From an uncultured delta proteobacterium (GTDB lineage: Bacteria; Myxococcota_A; Polyangia; Fen-1088), in assembly GCA_963796685.1 (NCBI GenBank), contig CAWCMR010000018.1:1-64000 (forward strand): a stretch of 64,000 bases of DNA, written 5' to 3'. Under the pieces are notes generated by a model. The model did no database searches. It was not told the DNA's origin and saw nothing but the letters and a program-made list of their open reading frames with translations. Shown here piece after piece: positions 11,281-21,667 of this stretch. The position numbers were made by a program, and so were the translations under genes. Each line of letters begins with the position of its first letter. The first letter of the stretch is position 1.

Positions 11281-11296
11281 TGGCCTGGGCCTTGCA
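11281..11296 (+). promoter_or_regulatory. sigma54 promoter of the porin gene
   Basis: TGGCCTGGGCCTTGCA (GG-N10-GC), 65 bp before ATG 11362. Confidence 0.65.
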
Positions 11297-11361
11297 GGGT
11301 GTCCAGCGCACGTCGACATAGCGTCTCAAAAGAGACGTGCGTCCAGTTTACAGGAGCAACC

Positions 11362-12876
11362 ATGCGCAACACTCTCCATCCAAGGCGTCCATCGCCTCGT
11401 CCGTCTGTCGCCATAGTTATTGCTTGCCTGGCCTGGCCGGCGGCCACCACCTTTGCCCAGGAACAGGAGGTGCCGACGTCGCCGGACGCTCCGCTTGGCG
11501 CAGCACCATCCCGAGGTGTCGCGCCTGAATCTCCGCCGCCTGTTTCTGCGCCCTCCACGACCGCCCTGGAGAAACGCATCGACGAGATCAATCTGCGAAC
11601 GAGTACAGCGATTCAAGCGCTGCAGACAGCCGAAGAGGCAAGGAGCCATCGCGAGAACAAGGCGCCTACGGTCTCGGCCGAGGAAGCCGGCTTCGGCATC
11701 GCGAGCAGGGATCGCAGATTCTGGATCCACATCCATGGACAACTTCAGGTCGACGGCCGGCGTTTCCTCGGCGACGACTCGCTTCGGGCTCTGGACACCT
11801 TCTTGATTCGCCGTGCACGCCCCACCATCGAGGTCTCGTTGGCGGGTCTTGCCGATGCGCAGATCACCCCGGATTTCGCTGGCGGGACCATGCAACTCTT
11901 CGATGCATTCATCGATCTTCATCCGCGGCCATGGCTGCGCCTGCGCGCAGGCAAGTTCAAACCACCGGTTGGCCTCGAGAGACTGCAATCCGACAATAGT
12001 TTGGTGTTTACCGAGCGCGCCCTCGACCAGGACCTGTCGGCTCAGCGCGATGTCGGCGTTCAGCTATGGGGGGACGTGGCTGAGGGAATCCTGCGCTACG
12101 AGGCCGCCATCCTGAATGGCGCTCCCGATTCCGCCCTGAACGACGTCGACAACGACTACGCGAAGAGCGTCGCCGGCCGGGTGTTCGTACAACCCTTTGC
12201 CAGCCCAAACCTGCGTTGGTTAGGGCGGCTTGGCTTGGGCTTCGCCGCGCAGACCGCCGACGAAACAGGCAGCCCTGCTATCAGCAACGCAGCCGTCACC
12301 GGAACATGGCTGGGCTCGTTCAAATCGATCGGACAGAACGCCATCTTCTCGTATTCGTCGAGCACAACCGATACTTCCCGAACCGTCGTGTCGCTGCACC
12401 GTCATACGCGCCTCAACCCACAGCTCTACTACTACTACGGCCCGCTCGGCTTCGAGGCGGAGTACCTCCACGAGCGCATTGGGGTGAGCAAGGGAGACAG
12501 CGAGGCGACTCTTGAAAACTCGGCCGGTCACGCAACCCTCGCCTACGTTCTCGGAGGCGATTGCCGGTACGAAGGCCCCACGGTTCGCAACCCATTCGAT
12601 CTCGAAACCGGCGGGCTCGGTGCGCTCGAAATCGGTGTTCGTTACGATTGGCTCAAGATTGACTCGGCGACTTTTCCCAATTTTGCAGACCCGGCGAAGT
12701 CGGTGGTCAAGGCGCAGGGAATCGGTGTGGCACTGAATTGGTACCTATCGAAAAGCCTGCGCCTGGTTGCGACCTACGACCAGACGAAATTCGATGGTGG
12801 CGCCGGAAGTACTGGGGCGATTGCCAATCGAACGACGGAGAAGGTCTTCATCGGCCGCATGCAGGTTGGCTACTGA
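11362..12876 (+). CDS. OprO/OprP-family anion-selective porin
   Basis: Signal peptide, TFLIRRARPTIE, GKFKPPVGLERLQS, RDVGVQLWG, LNWYL, C-terminal aromatic residue. Confidence 0.88.
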   Translation: MRNTLHPRRPSPRPSVAIVIACLAWPAATTFAQEQEVPTSPDAPLGAAPSRGVAPESPPPVSAPSTTALEKRIDEINLRTSTAIQALQTAEEARSHRENKAPTVSAEEAGFGIASRDRRFWIHIHGQLQVDGRRFLGDDSLRALDTFLIRRARPTIEVSLAGLADAQITPDFAGGTMQLFDAFIDLHPRPWLRLRAGKFKPPVGLERLQSDNSLVFTERALDQDLSAQRDVGVQLWGDVAEGILRYEAAILNGAPDSALNDVDNDYAKSVAGRVFVQPFASPNLRWLGRLGLGFAAQTADETGSPAISNAAVTGTWLGSFKSIGQNAIFSYSSSTTDTSRTVVSLHRHTRLNPQLYYYYGPLGFEAEYLHERIGVSKGDSEATLENSAGHATLAYVLGGDCRYEGPTVRNPFDLETGGLGALEIGVRYDWLKIDSATFPNFADPAKSVVKAQGIGVALNWYLSKSLRLVATYDQTKFDGGAGSTGAIANRTTEKVFIGRMQVGY

Positions 12877-12922
12877 CCAAGGGGCGCCATCGTCGAAGGC
12901 AGGGCGCTGGCTCTGACCCTCT

Positions 12923-13918
12923 CTACAACACCTGGTACTGGACCCCGAACGTCACCGAAGGCTTCACGTCCTGCTCACCGTAGAAATTCTTGTAGAACGG
13001 GATCTGGGCACGGGCGAACACCCAGAAGGCGTCGGCGGCATTGAAGTACACGCCAGGCCCCAACGAAAAAAGCGTGCCGCCGGTGTTGTCCACGGTGATG
13101 CTCGACGTGTCGCCGGCATCGGTGGCTTGGTCGACGCGGGCGTAGCGGCCGTCGATGCCCAGGTCCAGGGCAACGGTGGAAACGGGCCGGTACTGCCCGT
13201 GAACACTCCACAAGGCGGCGTCGCCGAACTTGTACTTGCTGCCATCGAAGTACGAGCCGGTGGTCCGCATTCGGTAGGACAAATCGGCGAAACCAATCCA
13301 CTTGACCTGCTCGAAGCGGTAGTGAAGCCCCAGGAACGGTCCCCATCCGCCCGTGCCGAGCTGGCCGTGCGGATCGACGACGGTTACCTCGCCCGTGCTC
13401 GGGTCGGTCATCTTGGCATCGCTTGCCCCCGTGGGCACCATCACGCCGCCCGCGAGCGCCAGCTCCTGCACGCGGCCAATGCCCATGTCGACGTCGCGCC
13501 AGAAAGCATAGCGTGCTCCCAGCTCGGCGTCCCCGATTCCGGTGAGGTGGGAGGCGGTGAGGTCGGTGCCGCCGCCCACGGTGTGGATGGTCTTGTTCAG
13601 CACCGGCAGCGTCGCGATGAGGGACAGTCGGCTGATGGGTCGGTACACGGCGTTGAGACGGTACGACCATTGCGTGAGCTCGTCCGTGTAGCCGGGCATG
13701 TTGTCCGTGCCCGCGTCGACGCGCAGGTATTCGGTGTCGAGCTGCAGGCGCAAGAGCCCGGTGATGGCCGCCGGGTCGCTGGCCACGAGCAGCGGATCGC
13801 CGCAGCCACAGATGGAGCACGCCCTGGCCGCGGGGAGCGCCGTGCACAGCGCGACCGCGACCCCGAGCGCCACAAAAGGCAGCCGCATTCTGCCCCTTGA
13901 AAGCACACGCTTCCGCAT
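12923..13918 (-). CDS. putative outer-membrane beta-barrel transporter with N-terminal CSICGC motif
   Basis: Signal peptide ending AARA, then CSICGCGDP; TGIGDAELGARY, PTG and QLGTG motifs typical of MetA-pathway/SphA-like barrels. Confidence 0.7.
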   Translation of the reverse strand: MRKRVLSRGRMRLPFVALGVAVALCTALPAARACSICGCGDPLLVASDPAAITGLLRLQLDTEYLRVDAGTDNMPGYTDELTQWSYRLNAVYRPISRLSLIATLPVLNKTIHTVGGGTDLTASHLTGIGDAELGARYAFWRDVDMGIGRVQELALAGGVMVPTGASDAKMTDPSTGEVTVVDPHGQLGTGGWGPFLGLHYRFEQVKWIGFADLSYRMRTTGSYFDGSKYKFGDAALWSVHGQYRPVSTVALDLGIDGRYARVDQATDAGDTSSITVDNTGGTLFSLGPGVYFNAADAFWVFARAQIPFYKNFYGEQDVKPSVTFGVQYQVL

Positions 13919-14080
13919 GGTCGTTTGATGCGTGGCCCGAACAAAGGTTGCGCTGGCTGGCGTTCACCGGCAACGGTTGGGCCCGTATCGTGTGTCCCGG
14001 CTAACCCCACGACAAGAAGAGCGACAGCGCGGAAGGTGCCTTCCACGACGGACGCACGCACCCAATTGGAGCGATGACGG

Positions 14081-14190
14081 GTGGTCGTGAACGTAGACGT
14101 AGACGGCTTACCGTGGCCGTGGTCGTGGCCGAGGGCAATTACAACCGGCCACGGTCACGGCCACGACCACGGTGCGACCACGGTGCGACC
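14081..14190. repeat. 6-bp periodic palindromic element
   Basis: CCGTGGCCGTGGTCGTGGCCG (14111-14131) pairs with CGGCCACGGTCACGGCCACGACCACGG (14146-14172); extra CGTGAA/CGTAGA hexamers on the left, 11-bp tandem ACCACGGTGCG on the right. Confidence 0.75.
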
Positions 14191-14222
14191 TTCTGCGGCT
14201 ATCGCGGGATAGGGTGTCCCGC

Positions 14223-15080
14223 CTAGCCCTTGCCAGGCTTGAGATAGGCGGCCAGGCCCCTCATCGTCTCCATGACGTCGACCGGAATAGCCAGTACCAC
14301 CGTGTTGGACGCCGACGGACCTAACCCGTCGAGGCTCTGCAGGGTGCGCAGTTGCATGGCGCCCGGGCTCTCGGCCATGGTGCGCGCGGCTGCGGCCAGG
14401 TTCATGGCGGCGTCGCGATCACCCTCGGCCTTGGTGATCGTGGCGCGCTTCTCGCGCTCGGCAGAGGCCTGGCGCGACATCATCTTCTTGAGCTCCTCGG
14501 GCATGTCGACGTCCTGGATGCGGATGCCCTTGACCTCGAGGCCCCACTCCTCCGTGTCCTTTTCGACGTTGGCTTCGATGGACTTGCCGATCTCCTCCCG
14601 TTCGCTGAGGAGCTGGTCGAGCGTCATCTGTCCGATCACGTCGCGCAGCGAGGTCTGCGCGTATTGGGAAATCGCGTAGCGATAGTCCTGCACCTTGATG
14701 ATGGCGTCGGCGACGTTCCTGACCTGGAAGAACAACACCCCGTTAATCCGAACCGGCACGTTGTCCTTGGTGATCACTTGTTGGGTCGGGATGTCCATCG
14801 TCAGTACGCGCGTGTCGATGAATCGGGCCTGGTCGATGAGGGGGATGATGAAGAACAGGCCCGGGCCTTTGATCGACGAGTACTTGCCCATGCGAAACAC
14901 GACCACCTTCTCCCATTGCGCCGCCATCTTGATCCCCGACGCCAAGATGATGTCCAGCAGCAGCCACGTCAGACCGAAGGTGACCGCGGCGACCTCGTGG
15001 AGCTGGGCGGCCGCACCGGCGAGCACCGCTCCCGCGGCACCGACCACGATGAACACGAGGATGGAAATGTAGTTGACCAT
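14223..15080 (-). CDS. SPFH/stomatin (slipin) family protein
   Basis: GPGLFFIIP, ITKDNV, AQTSLRDVIG, QASAEREKRA, MQLRTLQSL. Confidence 0.93.
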   Translation of the reverse strand: MVNYISILVFIVVGAAGAVLAGAAAQLHEVAAVTFGLTWLLLDIILASGIKMAAQWEKVVVFRMGKYSSIKGPGLFFIIPLIDQARFIDTRVLTMDIPTQQVITKDNVPVRINGVLFFQVRNVADAIIKVQDYRYAISQYAQTSLRDVIGQMTLDQLLSEREEIGKSIEANVEKDTEEWGLEVKGIRIQDVDMPEELKKMMSRQASAEREKRATITKAEGDRDAAMNLAAAARTMAESPGAMQLRTLQSLDGLGPSASNTVVLAIPVDVMETMRGLAAYLKPGKG

Positions 15081-15222
15081 CGCTTCTCCTCCAGCAGTTT
15101 CGTCGCATCATACTCTGATCCCCAACCGACTGGCGGGCAACCACCGGGGACCGGGGTCGCCTTTCCGCGAAAATGAGCTATGCCTGAGCAGTCAGGAAAA
15201 CTGCCTAAGAAAGGGTCGGGTC

Positions 15223-15528
15223 ATGGTGAAAGTCGCACTGTTCGTGAGGCTGGACGCGAAGCCAGGCAAGGAAGCGGAAGTCGAGCAATTCCTGCGCGCG
15301 GGGTTGCCCATGGTCGAAGGGGAGCCGGGCACGACCGCGTGGTTCGGGCTCCGCCTCGGACCATCCACGTTCGGCATCTTCGATGCCTTCCCGGACGAGG
15401 CTGGACGGAACGCGCACCTGTCGGGACGGGTCGCCGCGGCGCTCATGGCGAAAGCCGGCGAGCTCTTGTCGAAACCGCCCTCGATCGAAAAGGTAGACGT
15501 CCTCGCGGCCAAACTGCCGCGATCGTGA
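15223..15528 (+). CDS. antibiotic biosynthesis monooxygenase (ABM) domain protein
   Basis: LFVRLDAKPGKE, EPGTTAWF, FGIFDAFPDEAGRNAHLSG. Confidence 0.88.
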   Translation: MVKVALFVRLDAKPGKEAEVEQFLRAGLPMVEGEPGTTAWFGLRLGPSTFGIFDAFPDEAGRNAHLSGRVAAALMAKAGELLSKPPSIEKVDVLAAKLPRS

Positions 15529-15586
15529 TGGGGGCTGCGGCCAGGTCGATGCCCGTTCCCAGACAGGGGAGGGCGCGGTACTCTCG

Positions 15587-16039
15587 ATGGCCATGAAGGA
15601 TCCCCTGGTTCGGTTCGGTGTTGCACTCGAAGGCTCGCTGTTGCGCGATCTCGACGCTGTCGTGCGCGAGCGGGGAGGCACGCGCTCGGAGTTGCTTCGC
15701 GACCTGGCACGCGCCGAGGTCGGCCGGGCCAAGGTGCCCAAGGCCGTGGACGCCATCGCCACGCTCACGCTGGTGTACGACCACCACGTGCGCGATCTCA
15801 GCGAGAGGTTGACCGACCTGCAGCACGAGCTCGGCGAGCAGGTGCGTGCCACGCTGCACGTACACATCAGCCACGATCTGTGTCTCGAGGTGATCGTGAT
15901 TCGGGGCAAGTCCGACAGGCTGAAGAGCATCGCCGACCGCCTGCTCGCCTTGCGCGGGGTGAAGCAGGGAGGAATCGAGATCGTGGCGGGTCTCGGCGAT
16001 TTGGGGCATGAGCACGGCCACAAGAGCACCAAGCGCTGA
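15587..16039 (+). CDS. nikR: nickel-responsive regulator NikR
   Basis: Ribbon-helix-helix RFGVAL..RSELLRDL; YDHH, HVHISHDLCLE nickel ligands. Confidence 0.95.
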   Translation: MAMKDPLVRFGVALEGSLLRDLDAVVRERGGTRSELLRDLARAEVGRAKVPKAVDAIATLTLVYDHHVRDLSERLTDLQHELGEQVRATLHVHISHDLCLEVIVIRGKSDRLKSIADRLLALRGVKQGGIEIVAGLGDLGHEHGHKSTKR

Positions 16040-16063
16040 GCGGCTCTTGCCGCGGGCGCTGGG

Positions 16064-16798
16064 TCACTCCTGGGACAAGGAGAAGCGAACCGGTACCACG
16101 ACCTCGCTCGTCACTGCGACGCCCGAGGCGCGCGCGGGCTCGAAGGTCCAGGTTCGAACAGCGTCGATGGCGGCCTGGTCCAGCAGCGGGTGGCTGCTGC
16201 CTCTCGCCAGCGAGACGCGCAGGGGTCGGCCATCCGGGCTGACGGTGACGGCCAAGCGAACCTCGCCTTCTTCGTGTCTTCGCTTGGACGCGATGGGGTA
16301 GTCGGGGCGGGGATTGCTGCGATAGAGGGGTTTCGCGAGGACGGTGATGGGGCCGGGAACAAGTCTGATCGGGGGCGCCTGTGCGCCTGGCGAGATCGGA
16401 GTCGGGACCTTCTCCTGCCTGCGTGGCGCAATCGCGGGGGCGGCAGGCAGCGCAACCTCGCCGGGCGTTGCTAGCTCGGTGGATGGGCTCACTGCGATCT
16501 CGGGCGCGGCGGTTTGCGCGCGGGCCTGGGGCTTAGGATGCGTTCGCAGACGTATGGGGACGATGGGGAGGGTGGGCGTGGGCTGCTTGTCGGGCAGCAG
16601 GGGAGGAACGTCGCGGATTGGCTGTGGCTTGGCTTCGACGATGTCCACGTCGATGGTCTTGGCCACGGCAGGTCTTCCTACGGGGCGAGTCAGCGCCAGC
16701 GCGGCCAGCCCGAACAACAGCGTGTGGCAGATCGCCGACGCCGTAAGGCTGATGGCAGTTCGCCTGCGTGCGGAGGAGGCGGTGCGTGCGGCGGGCAT
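16064..16798 (-). CDS. tonB: TonB protein
   Basis: TM with SAICH, Pro-rich linker, PDYPIASKRRHEEGEV..SSHPLLDQAAIDAVRTWTFEPA. Confidence 0.9.
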   Translation of the reverse strand: MPAARTASSARRRTAISLTASAICHTLLFGLAALALTRPVGRPAVAKTIDVDIVEAKPQPIRDVPPLLPDKQPTPTLPIVPIRLRTHPKPQARAQTAAPEIAVSPSTELATPGEVALPAAPAIAPRRQEKVPTPISPGAQAPPIRLVPGPITVLAKPLYRSNPRPDYPIASKRRHEEGEVRLAVTVSPDGRPLRVSLARGSSHPLLDQAAIDAVRTWTFEPARASGVAVTSEVVVPVRFSLSQE

Positions 16799-16807
16799 GG
16801 CCTCGCG

Positions 16808-19021
16808 TCAGTAGTGGACGGTCAGGCCCGCCCGGACCTCGAAGGGCTCCACAGGGTGAATGTGCACACCGTTCACGCCGGTCGGCTCCCCGCGCAATTG
16901 CGATTCGTAGTAGTAGGCGATGTCATCCGACTTGGAATCTAGCAGGTTGAGCAGGTCGACAGCGACCTCGTAGCGGCTGCGGCGATAACCTAGCCTGGCG
17001 TCCACGATCATGCTGTCGGGCTCGCGCACGCTGTTGTCCTCGACGAGTGGCTGCGAGCTGAAATAGCGCAGACGCGCACTTCCGAAGAGACCGCCGGGCG
17101 CCTCGACGGTGGCTACGCCAGACACTACGATGGGAATGGAATTGGGGATATAGGGGCCCGCGGCATCGTCGACGTAGCGCGCATGGGTAAGCGCGACATC
17201 GGCCGCCAGAGTGAGCCAAGCTCTCGGCTTATAGAAGTTCGCCCACTCCACGCCGTACTTGCGGCTTTGCGAGGTCGCCTCGGTGTCGCCTGCGTCGCCA
17301 GCGAAGGTCAGCTCGGAATCGGATTGCAAGTACCAGAGCGAAAGCGTGCTGACCAGGCCGGGCAGAATGGACGTGCGGGCTCCGACCTCGGCGCCCTTGG
17401 TGCGGACCAGCAACGGCACTTTGGACTGCGGGGCCAGGTCGGCGGCGGACACCGTGGCGGTCACGCCGCGCGCGTCGTTGCTGTGAAAACCCGAGCCGAG
17501 GTCGAGATAGAGCTCGGTCTTGTTCCACGGACCGAAGATCAGGCTCGCCTTGGGATTGACGATGGCAGAGGCCTTGCTGCCCGAGTTCACCGGGATGTTG
17601 TGGCTCGTCACGTCCACGGCGAAGACGTCCGCGCGCAGGCCGACGTTGGTCCGCAGCCAGTCGGTCCACTGGATCTGATTGTTGCCGTACGCCCCGGTGG
17701 TGAATTCCTCGATGCGGTCGTCGATATAGATCCCGCTGGATCCATCCGGATTCACCATCACCACCTGCCGATTGGCGGTGTGGTCGAGGCCGGAGAGCGG
17801 CAGGTAGTCGTTGCGAAGCTGGACACCGAGGACATTTTCGACGTCCTTGCCGAACCAAGTTTGGTTCCAAGTCCGTTTGAGATGGGCGCCGCCCACGTAG
17901 CGGCGGTCGATCTGCTCGAACTGATCGCCGTTCACCTGATCGTGGAGAAAATAGGTGAAGTTCGAGAACAGGTTGAGTCGGTAGTAGAACCCGTACAGGG
18001 TCAGTGTCGTCGTGCCGTCGTCATGCTTTCGCGTCCAATTGAAGGTCAAGGCGCCCCGGCCGGTATTGCCGCCGTCGGAGGGATCCAGGGTGCCGAATCG
18101 GGAGATGAGGCCTCCGCTGATGGCCCGCTCGGCGACGTGGTCTGTGGCATGCCAGCTCGGTGCCGCGTAGACGCTGGCGGTGAGGGTGTATTGGTCCTTC
18201 GCGCTCGTCCAGTGGTAGCGCAGAAGTCCGTTGAAGCGATTCGAATCTTCGTGGACCACCCACGGCCCGTCGTAGTGGTTGTATTCGAGTGCGTAGAGCA
18301 AGGTCCCAGGGCCCACGGTCGGCGACGCCGCCACCAGACCACGCACGAAACCATACTCGCCGCCTTGCAGGTTGACGGTTCCATGCGGAAGGATGTTCAC
18401 GAGATGGACGTCGGCCGCGCCCGAGCCCGAAAAGTCGCCAACATCCGGATAGAAGGGCCCCTTCCTGTATTCGATGAAGCTCACCAACTCGGGGATCATG
18501 AAGTTCAGGTCGGAATAGCCTTGTCCGTGCGCGTGAGAGGGCAGGTTCACCGGCACGTCGTCTACCGAAAAGGCGAAGTCGGTGCCGTGGTCCAGGTTGA
18601 ACCCGCGCAGGAAGTACTGGTTCGCCTTGCCGTCGCCCGAGTGCTGCGTGACCACCAAACCGGGAACGGTTTCCATGATCTCGCCGCGGCGGAGCAGCGG
18701 CAGGTCTTTGAGATCGGCCTCGCCGATGGCGCCCTCCGAGGCTCCGACCGCCACGCCCAGGATGTCTTCCGCGCGTCCGTGGACCACGACCTCGGGCATC
18801 TCGGTGGGATGGCTTGCCAGGGCAGGGCTGTTGGCCTCGGCGAGCTTGGTGGCGGGCCGATCATCAAGGCGTCCGGCCTCGACACTGCCCGCGTCGACGA
18901 TTCCCACGCCGCCCGCCGCCGTCTCGGCATCAAGTTGACCGCCGTCCTGTGCCCACGAGGTGGCGCTTGCCGCTAGGGTGGCCATGGACACGAGGAGTTC
19001 GGCGTTGACGAGCTTGTGCAC
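16808..19021 (-). CDS. TonB-dependent receptor, probable nickel uptake
   Basis: METVPGLVVTQHSGDGKANQYFLRGFNLDHGTDF plug; C-terminal HIHPVEP; NikR context; GTG start at 19021 inferred. Confidence 0.9.
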   Translation of the reverse strand: MHKLVNAELLVSMATLAASATSWAQDGGQLDAETAAGGVGIVDAGSVEAGRLDDRPATKLAEANSPALASHPTEMPEVVVHGRAEDILGVAVGASEGAIGEADLKDLPLLRRGEIMETVPGLVVTQHSGDGKANQYFLRGFNLDHGTDFAFSVDDVPVNLPSHAHGQGYSDLNFMIPELVSFIEYRKGPFYPDVGDFSGSGAADVHLVNILPHGTVNLQGGEYGFVRGLVAASPTVGPGTLLYALEYNHYDGPWVVHEDSNRFNGLLRYHWTSAKDQYTLTASVYAAPSWHATDHVAERAISGGLISRFGTLDPSDGGNTGRGALTFNWTRKHDDGTTTLTLYGFYYRLNLFSNFTYFLHDQVNGDQFEQIDRRYVGGAHLKRTWNQTWFGKDVENVLGVQLRNDYLPLSGLDHTANRQVVMVNPDGSSGIYIDDRIEEFTTGAYGNNQIQWTDWLRTNVGLRADVFAVDVTSHNIPVNSGSKASAIVNPKASLIFGPWNKTELYLDLGSGFHSNDARGVTATVSAADLAPQSKVPLLVRTKGAEVGARTSILPGLVSTLSLWYLQSDSELTFAGDAGDTEATSQSRKYGVEWANFYKPRAWLTLAADVALTHARYVDDAAGPYIPNSIPIVVSGVATVEAPGGLFGSARLRYFSSQPLVEDNSVREPDSMIVDARLGYRRSRYEVAVDLLNLLDSKSDDIAYYYESQLRGEPTGVNGVHIHPVEPFEVRAGLTVHY

Positions 19022-19031
19022 GCCCGAGTTA

Positions 19032-20065
<1,034 letters not shown>

Positions 20066-20084
20066 GTATCCTTGGCGGACGCTC

Positions 20085-21059
20085 ATGCACATTCCCGACG
20101 GATTCATCGATGGAAAGACCGCGGTGACGGCCGCGGCAATCTCGGTCGTGGGCGTGAGCATGGCCCTGCGTCAGGTTCGCCGCGAGCTGCCACCCCGTCG
20201 TGTGCCGCTGCTCGGGCTTGCGGCGGCGTTCCTGTTCGCCGCGCAGATGGTGAACTTCCCCGTGGCCGGGGGGACCTCGGGCCACCTGGTCGGCGGCGTG
20301 CTGGTGGCGGCCCTCCTTGGGCCAAGCGCGGCCATCGTCGTGCTCACCGCCGTTCTCGTCGTGCAATGCTTTCTGTTCGCGGACGGCGGCGTCTCGGCGC
20401 TGGGGGCGAATCTTCTCAACATGGGGATCCTGGGCGCGGGCGGCGGCTATCTCGCGTATCGCCTGGTTGCGAGCAGGCTGCGCGGACTGCGCGGGCAGGT
20501 GACCGGCGTGGCCTTTGGCGGTTGGGTTTCCTCGGTTCTCGCGGCCATCGGGTGCGCCGGCGAGCTGGCCTGGTCGCACACCGTCAGCTGGTCGGCCGGC
20601 TTTTCCATGATGGCCGGCGTACACATGCTGGTCGGCCTGGGCGAGGGGCTCATCAGCGCCCTGGCCTTTGTCGCCATCGCGCGCACGCGGCCCGAGATCG
20701 TGGCCGAGCGCACGCCCGCCTCGGGGGGCGTGCTTCCCGGCGGAGTCTTGCGCTACGGCTTGCTGGTGGCGGTGGGCCTGGCGGTCTTCGTGGTGCCCTT
20801 TGCGTGTCCATGGCCCGACGGGCTTGAAGCCCTCGCGGTGAGGTTGGGCTTCCACGCGCAAAGCGTCCCGGGCGTCATCCATGTCCTCGCGCCGGACTAT
20901 CGCTTGCCCGGCATTCATTCGGCGGCGGGCGCGACGGCGCTGGCTGGCGCGTTGGGAACTGTGGTGGTGTTCGGGTTGGCGCTTCTGCTTGGGCGGGTGC
21001 TGGCGCGTAAGCCCATGAAGAGCCAGCCGAAGGACGCGACCATGGATCCGTCATGCTGA
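20085..21059 (+). CDS. nikMN: ECF nickel/cobalt transporter substrate component NikMN (CbiM + PDGLE)
   Basis: N-terminal MHIPDGF, GTSGHLVGG, DGGVSALGAN, PDGLE motif. Confidence 0.92.
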   Translation: MHIPDGFIDGKTAVTAAAISVVGVSMALRQVRRELPPRRVPLLGLAAAFLFAAQMVNFPVAGGTSGHLVGGVLVAALLGPSAAIVVLTAVLVVQCFLFADGGVSALGANLLNMGILGAGGGYLAYRLVASRLRGLRGQVTGVAFGGWVSSVLAAIGCAGELAWSHTVSWSAGFSMMAGVHMLVGLGEGLISALAFVAIARTRPEIVAERTPASGGVLPGGVLRYGLLVAVGLAVFVVPFACPWPDGLEALAVRLGFHAQSVPGVIHVLAPDYRLPGIHSAAGATALAGALGTVVVFGLALLLGRVLARKPMKSQPKDATMDPSC

Positions 21060-21667
21060 AAGACTGGCTTGGTCATCAACACGGCCAGCACGACAGTCCC
21101 GTGCACCGTCTACCCGCGGCGGCCAAGCTGTGGGCCGCCTTGGCCATCATCGTGGGCACGGTGCTGGTTCCATGGGGCTGGCACGCTTGGTTCGTCGCGG
21201 TGGCTGCGCTGTTGTTGCTGGCGTCCTGGTCGAGCCGGATCGCAATGGGCTTTCTCGTGCGTCGGCTGGTGTTGCTGTCGCCGTTCGTCCTGGGCGTGGT
21301 CGTGGTGAATGCCCTGCAAGGCTCCGTTCACGCAAGTTGGGTGGCGCTGGCCGCCCGAAGCGGAATCTGCCTTTTCACCGTGGTGCTGCTCGCGAACACC
21401 ACGCCCTTCGGCAAGGTCCTGGCCGCGCTACGAAGCGCGCACGTGCCGGCCCTGCTGGTGACCACGCTTGCGCTCATGCACCGCTATCTCTTCGTGCTTC
21501 TCGACGAATCTGAACGCATGCGTCGCGCGCGAGCCAGCCGGACTTTCCAGCGCCAGCGCCGCGTTCGCTGGCGTTTGCTTGGAACCTTGGTTGGACTGCT
21601 TTTCGTGCGCGCTTCCGAACGCGCCGAACGCATTTGGGCCGCCATGTGTGCGCGGGGGTGGAAATGA
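21053..21667 (+). CDS. nikQ: ECF transporter T component NikQ/CbiQ
   Basis: SPVHRLPAAAKL, RYLFVLLDESERMRRARASR, ERAERIWAAMCARG. Confidence 0.9.
   Translation: MLKDWLGHQHGQHDSPVHRLPAAAKLWAALAIIVGTVLVPWGWHAWFVAVAALLLLASWSSRIAMGFLVRRLVLLSPFVLGVVVVNALQGSVHASWVALAARSGICLFTVVLLANTTPFGKVLAALRSAHVPALLVTTLALMHRYLFVLLDESERMRRARASRTFQRQRRVRWRLLGTLVGLLFVRASERAERIWAAMCARGWK

Noticed and set aside
14081-14190. Possible CRISPR array (also considered for 31213, 33616 and 49754)
   Set aside because: No identical direct repeats separated by unique 30-40 bp spacers, and no cas genes.
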